From Macrostomum lignano (taxonomy: Eukaryota), in contig NIVC01002093.1 of the NCBI GenBank assembly GCA_002269645.1, positions 62,001-126,000 of the forward strand: a DNA stretch of 64,000 nt, written 5' to 3'. A program made the translations under genes and the position numbers. The notes beneath the pieces were generated by a model, which was given only the letters and a program-made list of their open reading frames with translations, had not been told where the DNA came from and did no database searches. Positions 41,044 through 54,184 of the stretch are shown one piece after another (position 1 is the first letter of the stretch; each line of letters starts with the position of its first letter).

Positions 41044-41514
41044 TTAATCGGCTCTACTACGATCATTGGTGGTAGTGTTGTGCCCTTGGCGATTTAGGCG
41101 GCGTCTTGTGATCCTGTTCGCCAAAACTCTCGCTGTTCTGTGCAGAGTATTGGCTCGATCGTCTGCGTTGCGAGACGCGACAGCCTCTTCGTCTGAGTCT
41201 ACGCCTGACGAGATTACGATTGGCGCAGACAGGGTCCCAACCAAATCCGAATCTGAGTCCGACGACACTAGCAGCACGGTAGATTGCGAATCAGATCGGC
41301 TCCGAGTCGCGGCCACTGTGTTCAGAGCGTGGAGTTCAGCGCTACTAGACTCACCGGGATGCTCTCGGTGTTCTTGTCTAGTTGGATGTTGTAGTACAAC
41401 ATGCGGCGATTGCACACCTTCGCGTTGGTTTGCATAGGCTTGTTGTGTAGACCCAACACTTGCTGAATTTACAGACTCTTCGCCAGCAGATGCCGATTCG
41501 AACCATCTGTCCAT
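41044..41514 (-). CDS. 156-aa acidic disordered protein with SIM-like motifs
   Basis: ATG-initiated ORF; TVLLVSSDSDSD and PIVISSGVDSDEE; basic C-terminus (RRRLNR). Confidence 0.45.
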   Translation of the reverse strand: MDRWFESASAGEESVNSASVGSTQQAYANQREGVQSPHVVLQHPTRQEHREHPGESSSAELHALNTVAATRSRSDSQSTVLLVSSDSDSDLVGTLSAPIVISSGVDSDEEAVASRNADDRANTLHRTARVLANRITRRRLNRQGHNTTTNDRSRAD

Positions 41515-42025
41515 TGTGTTGTAAATAAAATTAGATTTGAACGTGGATAGGTAACAGAGACAACCTGCGTAAATTTAATCAGATGAATAGAACAATAGAA
41601 TACACACAGATGAAATTGCATATGCGGCAATACTATTGAAATGTCAATTGTAGACAATCTATGCCATAGACTGATAGTCCGCGTATAATGCGATCGATTT
41701 TTTCTAGTTCAAATATATAAATAGTAAAAAAAAGCATAACATAATATTGCTAAGAATTGTACTATTATAAATATAGTAGTAAAATAAGTAATACTATGAA
41801 TATATTAGTAAACTAAGTGAACTTAGTACGACATATCCTCTATGGACAATGTATGCGTACAGTGTATCATAATCATATAACTTGGCAAGCGCATATAGAC
41901 AGACGGCAAATTGCTCAATAATTTTAATCAAAAAAATTACACATAAAGATTAGCCGATTTATTGTGCTGTTATTCTTAATATTGTATAGTTTTAATATAG
42001 TATTGTTACAACAGCAACGACAAAT

Positions 42026-43266
42026 ATGGACCAACAGCGAGACGATGTCACCCAGTGTGCATACTGCGGGATGGCGATCCCTAGCCGCAGTGGGATGCGT
42101 CGACATTTCATACGCTCACATCGCGACGTGGTCGACACTTTCGACTGGACCACAGTGCCAGAACAGGCGAGACCGGCTCAAAACACGTCCTATGAGACTC
42201 GAGCGGCTACTGTATGGCGACTGATTAGGCTGAACGGACGCGGTCAAGCCGATTGTATTGGTAACATGCAATCGTGCCAATACTGCGGAAAGTCGGTCGT
42301 TGACATATTTGGACACCGCAGGCGTTGCAATCGTAAACAAGCAACCGCCATTGACACAATTGCCGGACACAGCCAATCTGACCAGTCGGCGCACTCGCAG
42401 TCAGACGAGAATGTGGAGACTGATCTTCGACTCATGCGGACGAGCAGAGGCCGACACTAGTCGATACTGGTATACAGTGTGACATTCGGTGTGACACTGT
42501 AGATGCTGCTACCGGACCAAATAGTCGACTCATGGTTGACACGGCCATACAGACAGACAATATAAGACCATATTGTCAATACATTTATATTGTCGGGTAT
42601 GACTTTGACGCCGGGTTTGACACGGAGGTTAATTATCCGATCGACTGTACGGTAGAGCACAACCAAGTTGATGTGTCGGCCTATTGTCCAGATGTTCAAT
42701 TGGTTGAACACGTTGAGACATCTGTTCACATTGAGTCATCCACAACGACGCAGCACACTCGAGCACGAGACGACATCGACTTGTCGCCTGTTGTACTAGT
42801 CACAGAAACGGACAGCGCCATCGACGAAATGCAATGCGTGTTCGATTCTGTCGCCAATGTACATACGGTAGACATCGACGCGGTTGATTGTAGCCATTCT
42901 ATGACGACTATGGGTCACCAGTCCGACGACAGTTGTGCCACGATTGCAGCTATCGACGAAGATCGGGCGGCATGTTCCACGCCACTGTCGAGCACAAGTA
43001 GCCACTCTACTATTGCTGCTATGGACTCAGATTGCGATATGTGCTACACACCGCCGTCGTCGCCCGTAACCGGCTGTGTCGGTCGAACGCGCGCCAGTTT
43101 AGATGGACCAGTAAGCGTACCGGCTAGCCGATCCGACCTGACCATGTCGAGATTAATCAAGCGTCTTAGACGAACAGCCTATTGTACAGCTGGTGTCTCT
43201 AAGGCCACGTTAACCCGATATGGCAGGCGGGTCAGGATGCCAGTATGCAAACACTGTTCACATTGA
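42026..43266 (+). CDS. Double zinc-finger protein with an acidic tail (one frameshift near 42421 joins ORFs 42026 and 42532)
   Basis: CAYC...RHFIRSH and CQYC...GHRRRC. The second frame is open from 42424 (SSTHADEQRPTLVDTGIQCD...VDTAIQTD) to 43266. Confidence 0.6.
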
Positions 43267-43774
43267 CAACTGGCTTGCCGATGATGACAATCGCTACGTC
43301 GTTGGTCCATATTAATTAACGTCTAACAAACAGTCTATTGTATTGTTGATTGATTACTGTAATCATACTGACTTGTGTATACTATTGATGATTTAACAAA
43401 CACAAGTTGCGTTCATTCAGAATTTTAATATAGTTTCAACTTAAACACAAATTCATAATACACTTGAACTTTTATTATTTATACTATCTAGATTTGACGA
43501 ACGTGACTTCACTTGCAATATACACATTGTACATGTACACAACTAACATATATGCATACAAACTGACTCGTATCTATGCGCACTATCTATTGTTTATGGT
43601 TTGCAGTTTTATTGATTGACAGTTCTTATTAGATAGTCTATTTGAAAGCCCAAGCGTCGATCAGTCGGTGACTTTTTTTCATCTTTGATAATTCGTTGCT
43701 TAAACTCTCGTGGAATAAAATTATATGTTTTTTTCTTTTAAACAAACTAACAAACAAACAAACGAACAAACACA

Positions 43775-44511
43775 ATGCCGGTTGAGATCGTCGAAATTAC
43801 ACAAGATGGTCGAAACGTAACGTCCTGCATTTCGTAAGTGTTCGATAATAAGATGATACGGGCTTGTTAACGAGTTACGAATAAATTCACACAACAATGT
43901 GATACACTTGATACAATGACTGATTTCTTTCAGATATTTCTTCTTTATGTGGCAACTGGCCGTCGAAGCCGCCACGCAGATACGCAAAGAGTCGTTATCG
44001 GCCAATGGCGGTCTGTATGGTGAGCTTCACTATGCCATCAAGGAGTCATGCGAGATAACGGTCGCGACAGCCAATCACGAAGCATCGCGCTGGCGCGATC
44101 GATTTATCGCCGCTAAATCGGCCACTACGGACCAAACCATTACCAATTTTGGTTCGATTGTAGTCGACGAAGACGATGATGACGGCCTAAATAGACCGCC
44201 GGCGATGCCAGCAGTGTGAGTATTTAACTCGGTCGTATTTTAATTTATTAATATAAATATACATATGTGCATAGACAGGCCTACCATGACATAATTGTCG
44301 AACGAATTGTAGACTATATCGTAACATGTGGCGCATTACCCGCGAATGGGCCATGCAGTTATATACTGTACATGCAAAGGCTCGCGATCGATGTTACGGT
44401 CCAATACCTGACAGTGACATTGAGCATGGTCGTAGAGCCGTAGCTGCCGCACAGCATAAAGAAGAAATTTGGCGCCGCCGATACGTCGGTGAGATGCCAA
44501 CTGAGGAATAA
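43775..44511 (+). CDS. Helical-hairpin family gene H2 (179 aa): exons 43775-43833, 43934-44215, 44313-44511
   Basis: MPVEIVEITQDGRNVTSCIS|gtaagt; tcag|A YFFF MWQLA...RWRDRF...|gtgagt; gtag|A LYRN MWRIT...CYGP...IWRRRY. Both introns phase 2 and in frame. Confidence 0.78.
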
Positions 44512-44844
44512 TCAACCGGTTTATTGTCTTTTTTTGTTTAATTTGTACAGATGGATGTTATTTGATCGATTGATCCGTGTACTCGTTTATTTATGTTGTT
44601 TGTATAGTGTCGATTAACAATAATCAAATGTATACATTTATTCAAGTATATTTAAGTTAATTAAAATTAAGTTGATTCAACTATCGTATTTAACTGTATA
44701 GATAAGTACCAATAAACACATATTGACATAAAAAGTAAAAAAAAACAAATACACACACAGACGTGGAAATTCACACTGGCACATAATCAGATGTACACAT
44801 GTACACACGTGTATATATTATGTGTGAATTTAATGTCAAATAGC

Positions 44845-45095
<251 letters not shown>

Positions 45096-45103
45096 TCGGC
45101 TCA

Positions 45104-45604
45104 TCACAGTAGTCCGAGTGCTCGCATATGGGCAGCCACACCGCCATCAATGATGTGCTGATAGCGCGCCTTTAAGTGCAGTACATGCCCAATGGTACGA
45201 CCCAGCAGATCAGACACGGCCTGTGTTGACGGAGCCTTGTCGTGCTGTACGCCGAGCAACAATCGGACGTCCCGCGCTCGTTCGGCAGATGGTGACTGAC
45301 GCAACCAGTCGCGCAGCTCGCCGAAGATGTCTAGCAGATTTTGGATGTCTGCTGCTAGAGCTATCGACGTGGGCTGCAGACCAGGGTTGTCACTCATCGT
45401 AGTCCCGTCGTCATCCAGCAGGTCGCCGAGTTGTGATACCTCTAGGCGAACCAATAGCGCTTGATGAACGGGCGCAAGTAAGATGACACCAGGACTACGC
45501 GGATATTCAACACCAGTGTCGTCCCTTACATAATTGTCGTTTGCGTCGGGTTCAGCGCCGCCGTAAAAATGTACAGGAAAACCTGGTGGGATCCGTTCTG
45601 CCAT
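45104..45604 (-). CDS. Hypothetical 166-aa protein, unknown family
   Basis: ATG-initiated, non-repetitive, GC-richer than its flanks, with amphipathic-helix-like composition. Confidence 0.5.
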   Translation of the reverse strand: MAERIPPGFPVHFYGGAEPDANDNYVRDDTGVEYPRSPGVILLAPVHQALLVRLEVSQLGDLLDDDGTTMSDNPGLQPTSIALAADIQNLLDIFGELRDWLRQSPSAERARDVRLLLGVQHDKAPSTQAVSDLLGRTIGHVLHLKARYQHIIDGGVAAHMRALGLL

Positions 45605-46177
45605 GCTTGGTCGGTTATTTGATCGATAAATTGATTCTATACTAGTGTGTGTGTGAATGATGAATAGTTTGTTCGCTTCTACTCTAGTCAGTTTGTCTGC
45701 TTCTTTATAACCAAACGAAGTGGGAGACCCTAGACTATCGTTAAACTGTCTCGTTCATGCATTCACTGTGTATACGCACTGTCTGAGTTTATACTGCAAT
45801 AGTTTCAGCAAGCGCGCGTGCACAATTGGTGTTGTCTATGATCACAAGCATAACACGACCGGATAAAACAACATTAACTGCGTAAATCACACTGTGACGT
45901 ATCAAATATCAGTTATAATAACAATTTTGCATTTGCGCATCACCGCGTTATTTCTTAAAAAAAGTATAGTCAGATTCGTACGTGCGTGCTGGCTCATATG
46001 CACATCTATGAACTATAAATTTGGGCCATTAATTAGTCAAAAGACCCCATTCTGTGCCGCAGCTGTATCAACAACAACATCAGTAGCAACAATAACAGTC
46101 AGCAACCGTAACTGCTGCAACGCATCGAATAATCGGCAAGAAAATTAGGCTAGTTAATAATTAGAATAAGTAATCTG

Positions 46178-46860
46178 ACCGAACTGATTGACTGAGTTGA
46201 CTGAACTGACTGACTGACTGACTGACTGACTGACTGACTGACTGACTGACTGACTGACTGACTGACTGACTGACTGACTGACTGACTGACTGACTGACTG
46301 ACTGACTGACTGACTGACTGACTGACTGACTGACTGACTGACTGACTGACTGACTGACTGACTGACTGACTGACTGACTGACTGACTGACTGACTGACTG
46401 ACTGACTGACTGACTGACTGACTGACTGACTGTTGAACCGAGCTGACTGAGCTGACCGACTGAGTTGACCGACTGGGCTGACTGAACTGACTGAACTGAT
46501 TGACTGAGATTAATGAGCTGACTGAGCCGACTGACTGGGTGAAATAAGCTGACTGACTGACTGACTGACTGACTGACTTAGCTAACTGAGTTGTCTGAGC
46601 TGACTGAACTGACTGACTGACTGGCTGAAATAAGCCGATTGACTAAACTAAACTAAACTGACTGAAATGGCCGACTCATTGGGTTGATTAACCGATTGAC
46701 TGACTGAATGAGCTGACTATATGAACTGACTGACTGTTTGAACCGAACTGACTGAGCTGACCGACTGATCTGACTGACTGACTGAACTGATTGACTGAAC
46801 TGACTAACTGAATTGGCTGAGCTGATTGACCCTATCCGACTGACTGACCGACCGAACTGA
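46178..46860. repeat. (GACT)n microsatellite with degenerate flank
   Basis: Direct reading. Confidence 0.95.
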
Positions 46861-47662
46861 CAATCAATCAATAAATTAACAAATCAATCAATCAACCAAT
46901 CAATCAACAAAAAAATCATCAAATCGACCAATCGATCAGTCATTCAATCTTTCAATCAATCCGTTATCAAACACATTCAACCAACAACTTAATGTTGTGG
47001 CTAGTACGTAAGCATTAATCAATAAATAGCATATATGGCGACGATTATAAATCAATACAAAACAATTAAACTATTAATTAAACAATTAATATAGAATAGT
47101 AATTAAAAAGAAAAGAAAAACAAGATGATATCGAGCGCGATATTTTTTTGTAATTAACAATCCACCAGCCAATCGCTTGGTCTCGCTTCTCGCTTGCATA
47201 TTGCATTATTAGATAGACTGTTATTAATATATTAGTTAGAATGCGCTCGATATTATCTTGGTGTATGAAACGCACACAATCAAGCTAAATCGCTCTATAC
47301 TATTTACATTGCAATAATTCAACAATAATAAACACACTAATAATCACATTATTAATCACCATCTATATACACAAATGGTTCATGTAAGAATCAGTGACAT
47401 GAAAACGCACATACATCTATGCATATATATACACGTGTGCGCGCATAATTTTATGTACAGTTGTGCTACATATATTCATTCACATATGGTTGCGTCTACA
47501 ACTGAGTGAGGCTTGATGATAAGTTTCGATTTCGTTTCACATGGTCGAAGCTTGATTTGTTTTTCTAAGAAATAATTCCTAATTACCTCCTTGTTTGTGT
47601 TGGACACAACCATTGTGATGTGGCGTAATCGGTAAAAAAATAGATATAAATCGATATTTTAC

Positions 47663-50600
47663 TCAATCAAGCATCTCTGTGCGCCGAACGACACGACCTG
47701 ATCGGGTGACAATACAGCTCCTGTGTTGTTGCGGTTGCTGTTGATCCGGTCGACCCCCACGCGATCCAGTCGCAACGCAGTCAATTGCATCAACGGACTG
47801 CGATCGTCGTTGGGTGATGTTCGAACGCATACTAGATGTTGATAGTGATCTGCGTCGCCTGCTCGATGATCGCACATTCGATGTCGCAGCAATCGACTGA
47901 TCAACAGCCACTGAAGACGTAGCACTGTCAGTCGATGTACCAGACAAACGAGTGCGCCGCTCCGACCGCGTCTGGACTAATCGCCGATCGTCAGCATCAT
48001 CGTTAGCAGCAGCCAATCGACTTAAATCGGCAGGTACGCTCGATCCAATGCGTGTACGTACAGAGGAGAGCAACGACCCCGATTTAGGTACAGATCGGTT
48101 GTCACAGCGGCGGCGATGGCTAGTCTGTACATTTGGCGTATGAGTCGCGTCATCGCTTCTTTGACAGCCAGTTGTTGCCCCGTCGTCATCGGCGTCTTCG
48201 TCAGCATCGTCATCATCGTCGGCGTCTAGATCGACGTTCGGCAAATTGCTAATACCACGTCGTTTTTTTGTTGGTGGCGAATGTGGCGACTTGGATCGCG
48301 ACATTCTGCTCGACGACGATGACAATGTCGACGCCAACTGGTGAGAGTTTGATTTCAGACGACTCTTACCAGACGACGGCGAGCGCGGAGACGGCGGTAA
48401 TGAGCGACATTTGCTGGACGATGGCGGACGCGGCGACGGCGATTTAGAGAGGCGACATTTGTCGGACGATGGCGGACGCGGCGACGGCGATTTAGAGAGG
48501 CGACATTTGCCGGACGATGGCGGACGCGGCGACAGCGATTGAGAGTGGCGACATTTGCCAGACGTCTTAGTCGGTGCAGTATCAACGTCGGCTTGATCGT
48601 GCTGCTCTGGCAATACGATGCTAACGCTTCGTCGCCGTCGTCTGCTTCCCGATGTCGTTGTCATCGTCGTCGCCGACTCACTGATCTGCTGCTCGATTGC
48701 TGTCGCAAGCGTCGACGCATCCAAGATGGACGGTTGGACTTTTGCGCATTTTGATTTGCTCCGCTCGTCACCAGTTTGGTTGACGGCGAACTTTTCGAAA
48801 CAGTCCCTCAAGTCGGTAGCAACTTCGAGTCGGGCTGCGTCAATTGCTGCGGCGGCGTAGTACCGGGTGACAACAGGCTTCGAAGTGTCGTACAAATGCG
48901 TCACCTGTTCGATCTGGTCCGGATGAAAACGCGCATACGCAGACAATTGATTGCGCCGTCCATCGCTGGCCCGGTAATTGCGACCAATCACTCGAACCGA
49001 ACCGTCGACCACGAGCCTCGAATAGTCACCAGTGACTCGAGCCGTCCCGTTGGAAGTAGGGAAGATATATTGCATTTCATCGGGCACTTGCACATCTAGG
49101 TCTTCGAGCGCGGGCGTGACAAACTTTTCGCACCATAGAATGAACGATTTACACAATCGTCTCGGTGACAACAGTGTTGCACCACGGCCTCGCGAACCTT
49201 GCTTGTGTGGCACCTCGCTGGGTGGTAATCGCGTTATGACGGTATCCATACTGGAGCCTTTGTTTTTTAACGCGTCTTCGAGGTGATGCCGACACAGATA
49301 GATCCATGGCAATACACGATTGCTATGGAATATTGCAGTGCCCAAGAATGCCAACTCGCGACTGATTGGCATTATGAAATCGCGCCATCTTCCTCGCGGA
49401 GAATTCGTTTGATTGACCAGCCGCGCAATGTCGGACCAGGCACCTTGTGTTGGTAAATCTGACCAGGAATGTTTCTCGATCATATCGACCAATTCCAGTA
49501 GCCTGTTTCTTACGAGGTCATACTCTTCGACAGTCAGGAACAACTCGGTGTATTTTTGTTGTCGTGCATCATCATTCAGATGGTACCGATTGTCCTGTTG
49601 TCGGCTGACTCGTCCGAGTTGCGCCTGTGTGTATTATAAGAGAAGCAAAAATTCATCTTTATGTATCATCATTATCATCATTATCGTTCTTATCATCATC
49701 AGCATCGTCATCACCACCATCATATGCACAATCATAGTTTATAGTTCTAATCTACACATAATATAGATTATAATTTCAAAAATATAATCAAGCAAACAAA
49801 CAAACAAACAAACAGGTACTTACGTAGACAGCATCGATTCGAGGTATTAGAAAAGCAGACACTGTCTTTCGATGGTATAGATTGCTGGGCAACTTCTTTA
49901 CTCCGCTGGCTATTCCATGTAATAGTCTGGCCGCGGTAGTGACGTCATCTGCTGCGCCAGTGAATACGCCGTTGGGTGGTTCCGATAACCGGAGTGCCCT
50001 AATTACAGTGATGGCACCGAAATCAGACTCATTTTCAAATAGAGTCTTGACTGCGGCTAGGATGCACTGTAATTGGCATGCTTTTACTCCGGCGGTACTT
50101 GCTTGCCAGACACCGCGGGTTTTCATCTCTGTCAAATCTGTGGCAACTTGGTGCGGAGCATTTAACCAAGTCTCCAGACTGACACCCAGCTTATGTTTTA
50201 ATTTGGCAAGCGTTCCTCGAACCGCAGTGGTCAGTTGTTTCCGACGATGGACATGCGACTTGTTTTCTTCGATCTTGTTATTAATTTTCCACCAAATATC
50301 GACAAGTCGATTAGTCATGTCCTCGGCGATAGACTGTGCTTCACCATAGTCGATCACGGCAAGTGGATCATCAGTCTCGCTCACACTGCTGTCGGAACCA
50401 CCCGCATTGTCATCCGCTTCGTCCTGAATGTCGGCATCGGAACCAGATGACACATCGGCGGCTTGGTCGTTATCAGGCGGCGCTGGTACGACAATGACTC
50501 TGCCTTGCTGCTCCGAATCTGCAGTTTCATTGTCCTTGGCACACTGTTCGATCGCGTCCAATAAGCTGGCAACAATTTCGTCGTCTGATGTCGCGACGAC

Positions 50601-51711
50601 GTTACCAACCGCGATCTCATCTCCTACTTCTTGGTGCCGTTGTACCGCGCTGGCCAGTCTACCGATAGCAGGACGCTTGACCTGACTGATGCTCGTCTCG
50701 AGTGCACGGACCAGCTGTTTAGACGCCAATTCGACGTGAACACGGAGTACACGTGTCATATCGACAATGTCTACGTCGCTAGTGTCCATGTCTGGACGAA
50801 GCTGTTCTGCAAGCCTGTCAAGTTGACTAGCTGTTTTTTGCAGATCAGTCAAATAGCCTGTTGGTTGTTTAAGCGTAAAACAATATCCATTTACTATGTA
50901 ATTGGTACACGTCGATAAGTATACAATAATATTGTGCGATACTATCTACTAATATAGAAGAATTTAACGATGAATTATTATTACCTTGGAATTGGCGCGC
51001 CTTTCGTATTGTCGCATCGGCGATGCTGTTGCCGACCGAATCATTGTTAGACGATGGATGAACATGGTCGTCGCCAGATGGTCTCTGTTCGACTGGGTTG
51101 TACAACTCGTCGACAGATTCGATGACACACGGTCTAACATGATCAGGCGCGGCATTGGTCGACCCGGTTGCGAACTTAGCTGCCGATTGGCGTTCGGTGT
51201 TCGATGCCGGGGTCACCGTTTGAGCGCGGCGGCGTTCACTGTTGGCTGTCTTGGTCGCAGTTTGAAAATTGGAATCACTGCTTGGTCCAACGTCTACACC
51301 GTCGAGTAAACCACTTGTAGACGGACCAGCGGATAAACTGACGACCGGCTGTTCAACAGTCTGTTGCGCAATCATATCTGTTTGGCGTGCGTTTGTTGCG
51401 TCAGGCTTTCGCTTGCATGATCGTTTTAGATGTCTTTCGACACATCGAACGATCCGATGGCAATGCGGACACATTGTCATGTTGTATGTGTCACCATCGC
51501 GCTGCAGCCTTACCGCCTTCCAAACAGCAATCGCCCTAACAAATACTGGCAACTCGGAAGATGGACCATTCTTTTCTTCCACTGTAGCCAAGTCAAAATT
51601 GCGGACGAATTCTATATGACGTCTTACTAGATGACGCGCCATACTCCGCTGACTAAACAACTGTGCGCAAACAGGACACGCCGCGTTGTCGCTACGGTGA
51701 TTGTCGGCCAT
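47663..51711 (-). CDS. Three-exon 1240-aa protein: two zinc fingers + core-binding-like helices + tyrosine-recombinase-like catalytic domain + Ser/Arg-rich tail
   Basis: Exons 51711-50985, 50857-49824 and 49624-47663. Introns GTAATA...CAG (phase 1) and GTAAGT...CAG (phase 0) join the three ORFs in frame (3723 nt). Motifs: FHSNR, PHKQG..G.A, YIFPTSNG, ASDGRR, VTHLYDTSKPVVTRYY. Confidence 0.72.
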
Positions 51712-51927
51712 TATGTTGACTAATATAATAATATAATATAAATAAATTTCTAAATTTCTATGCTTATAGCAGTTAGGTTACGAACAAAGAATATGCAAAA
51801 AAGGAAGAAAGAATTCCGTATAAGGTTTGTCAATTTAAAATAACAGTAAAAACGCGAGATACAAATTCTTATATCTATGGCAAATAGGTCTAGCTGAGAC
51901 CGATTTTGTACAGGCCTTGGTGTCTGA

Positions 51928-52130
51928 TCCATGGCGGAAAGAATAGAATGGAGTGCTAATCTGAGCCAGTTATTTTTATCTCGCTCAATCTCAACTTTTA
52001 ACATCCTTCCCCCCCCCCTCCCCCGTTCTTTCCTATCGACTCGCGACTGCCATAGACAAAGTATTTTCTTCTCGTTTTTCGTTCCCCTCTGAATGTCTAC
52101 CCCAGCATAGTATGAGCTCGCATCAAAATA
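51928..52130 (+). mobile_element. Partial diverged copy of the 59698-59928 MITE
   Basis: ccatggcggaaagaatagaatgg...gctaatctgagccagttatttttatctcgct...gagctcgcatcaa aligns with 59698-59900. Confidence 0.7.
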
Positions 52131-52305
52131 TGCTTTCAGCCAATATGAAGGAACGGGGGCGAAATGGGTGTTAAAAGCAAAAAATCAAGCGAGATAAAAA
52201 ATATCTCACCAATGTTTAACCAATGTTAAAGCATACGAAGTCAAACCGCCAGAGTGTTAAATTATATAGGTCAAAACGCCAGTATTAAAGCATACGAGGT
52301 CAAAA

Positions 52306-53549
52306 CCCCACCACTAAAGCACGAAGGGGGGGATTAAAACATCAATGTGTTAAGACATAGGAGTACATCAACCAAGTACACCAATCAATTGCGTCAGCCA
52401 TGTACAATAGCCAAATGCACCGACCAAATGCGCCAGTCAAATGCGCCGACCAAATGCGTCAGCCAAATGCGCCGAGTTCTCATTGGCTTGTCTAACATAT
52501 TGACCAAATTCGCCGACCAAATGCGCCGGCTTCTCATTGGCTTGTCTAACATATAGACCAAATGCGCCGACCAAATGCGCCGACCAAATGCGCCGACCAA
52601 ATGCGCCGGCTTCTGATTGGCTTGTCTAACATATTGACCAAATGCGCCGACCAAATGCGCCGACCAAATGCGCCGACCAAATGCGCCGGCTTCTCATTGG
52701 CTTGTCTAACATATTGACCAAATGCGCCGACCAAATGCGCCGACCAAATGCGCCGACCAAATGCGCCGGCTTCTGATTGGCTTGTCTAACATATTGACCA
52801 AATGCGCCGACCAAATGCGCCGGCTTCTCATTGGCTTGTCTAACATATAGACCAAATGCGCCGACCAAATGCGCCGACCAAATGCGCCGGCTTCTGATTG
52901 GCTTGTCTAACATATTGACCAAATGCGCCGACCAAATGCGCCGGCTTCTCATTGGCTTGTCTAACATATAGACCAAATGCGCCGACCAAATGCGCCGACC
53001 AAATGCGCCGGCTTCTGATTGGCTTGTCTAACATATTGACCAAATGCGCCGACCAAATGCGCCGGCTTCTCATTGGCTTGTCTAACATATAGACCAAATG
53101 CGCCGACCAAATGCGCCGACCAAATGCGCCGGCTTCTGATTGGCTTGTCTAACATATTGACCAAATGCGCCGACCAAATGCGCCGACCAAATGCGCCGGC
53201 TTCTGATTGGCTTGTCTAACATATTGACCAAATGCGCCGACCAAATGCGCCGGCTTCTCATTGGCTTGTCTAACATATAGACCAAATGCGCCGACCAAAT
53301 GCGCCGACCAAATGCGTCGACCAAATGCGCCAACTGCTGCCAACTGCGCCGACCAAATGCGCCGACGAGTTCTTGTCTATGGCTTGTATATGTGCATAGG
53401 GGAAATCTGTCACGCTAGTGCTGCATGATAAATGTTCATATATTCTATGGTCTATGGGCTAGGGAAATCCTATTAGGCGAGGGGAATCCGAAATATAGTC
53501 GGCGCATTTGGTCGGCGCAGTTGGCAGCAGTCGGCGCAATTGGCGGCTA
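52306..53549 (-). mobile_element. 13-bp-satellite element, copy 2 (inverted relative to 6948-8067)
   Basis: ccaaatgcgccga arrays plus shared unique ends (…caattggcggcta at 53549). Confidence 0.75.
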
Positions 53550-53600
53550 CAATTTTGTGAGAAACATGCTGTTGTTCACAACAAATGTGTTTTGTTTTAG

Positions 53601-54184
53601 GCACACATTTAATATGTGTAAAATCACGGCAGAGGCTCGTAACAAGATCCGCGAACAGTTAAACTTGTTCTCCATGGATCTATACCATGAGCTGGCGGTT
53701 GACCAAATCGATGTAGCCACTGGTCAGCGTGACCGATTGACAACCGACGCTGGTCGATGGTACGACAGATTTGTCGCTGCCAGAGATGGGTCTGTTAACA
53801 GAATCGACAGACATTGTGACCCTTTTGCGTCAGCTGTAATAAACATACAGAATGCTACACACTTGCCAGCCTGGAGGTAATGTACATGTGCATTGGTCGT
53901 CATTGCTATTATATGCGCGCACATAGCTTGCATAAACGTTGATAAACTCGTATATTCTTTCGTATTGCCGTTATAATTTTAGATTCTTCGCCAATATGCG
54001 CGATATTTGTAGACAATACGCGCGACAAATGGAAGAGGAGGACGAACGAATCTCCAGTGGATATTATGATTGTGTACTAGCTCCCTCTGACGACATCAAT
54101 ATACAAGAAAGTGTCATAACTGCACAAAGTATGGCATTTTACTGGACCGATTTCGTTCGAGGAATTGAGCAGGCACTACATTGA
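53601..54184 (+). CDS. Helical-hairpin family gene H3: exons 53601-53876 and 53983-54184 (exon 1 not found)
   Basis: ttag|G HTFN MCKIT...LYHE...RWYDRF...WR|gtaatg; ttag|A FFAN MRDIC...GYYD...YWTDF. Phase-2 intron joins in frame. Confidence 0.7.
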
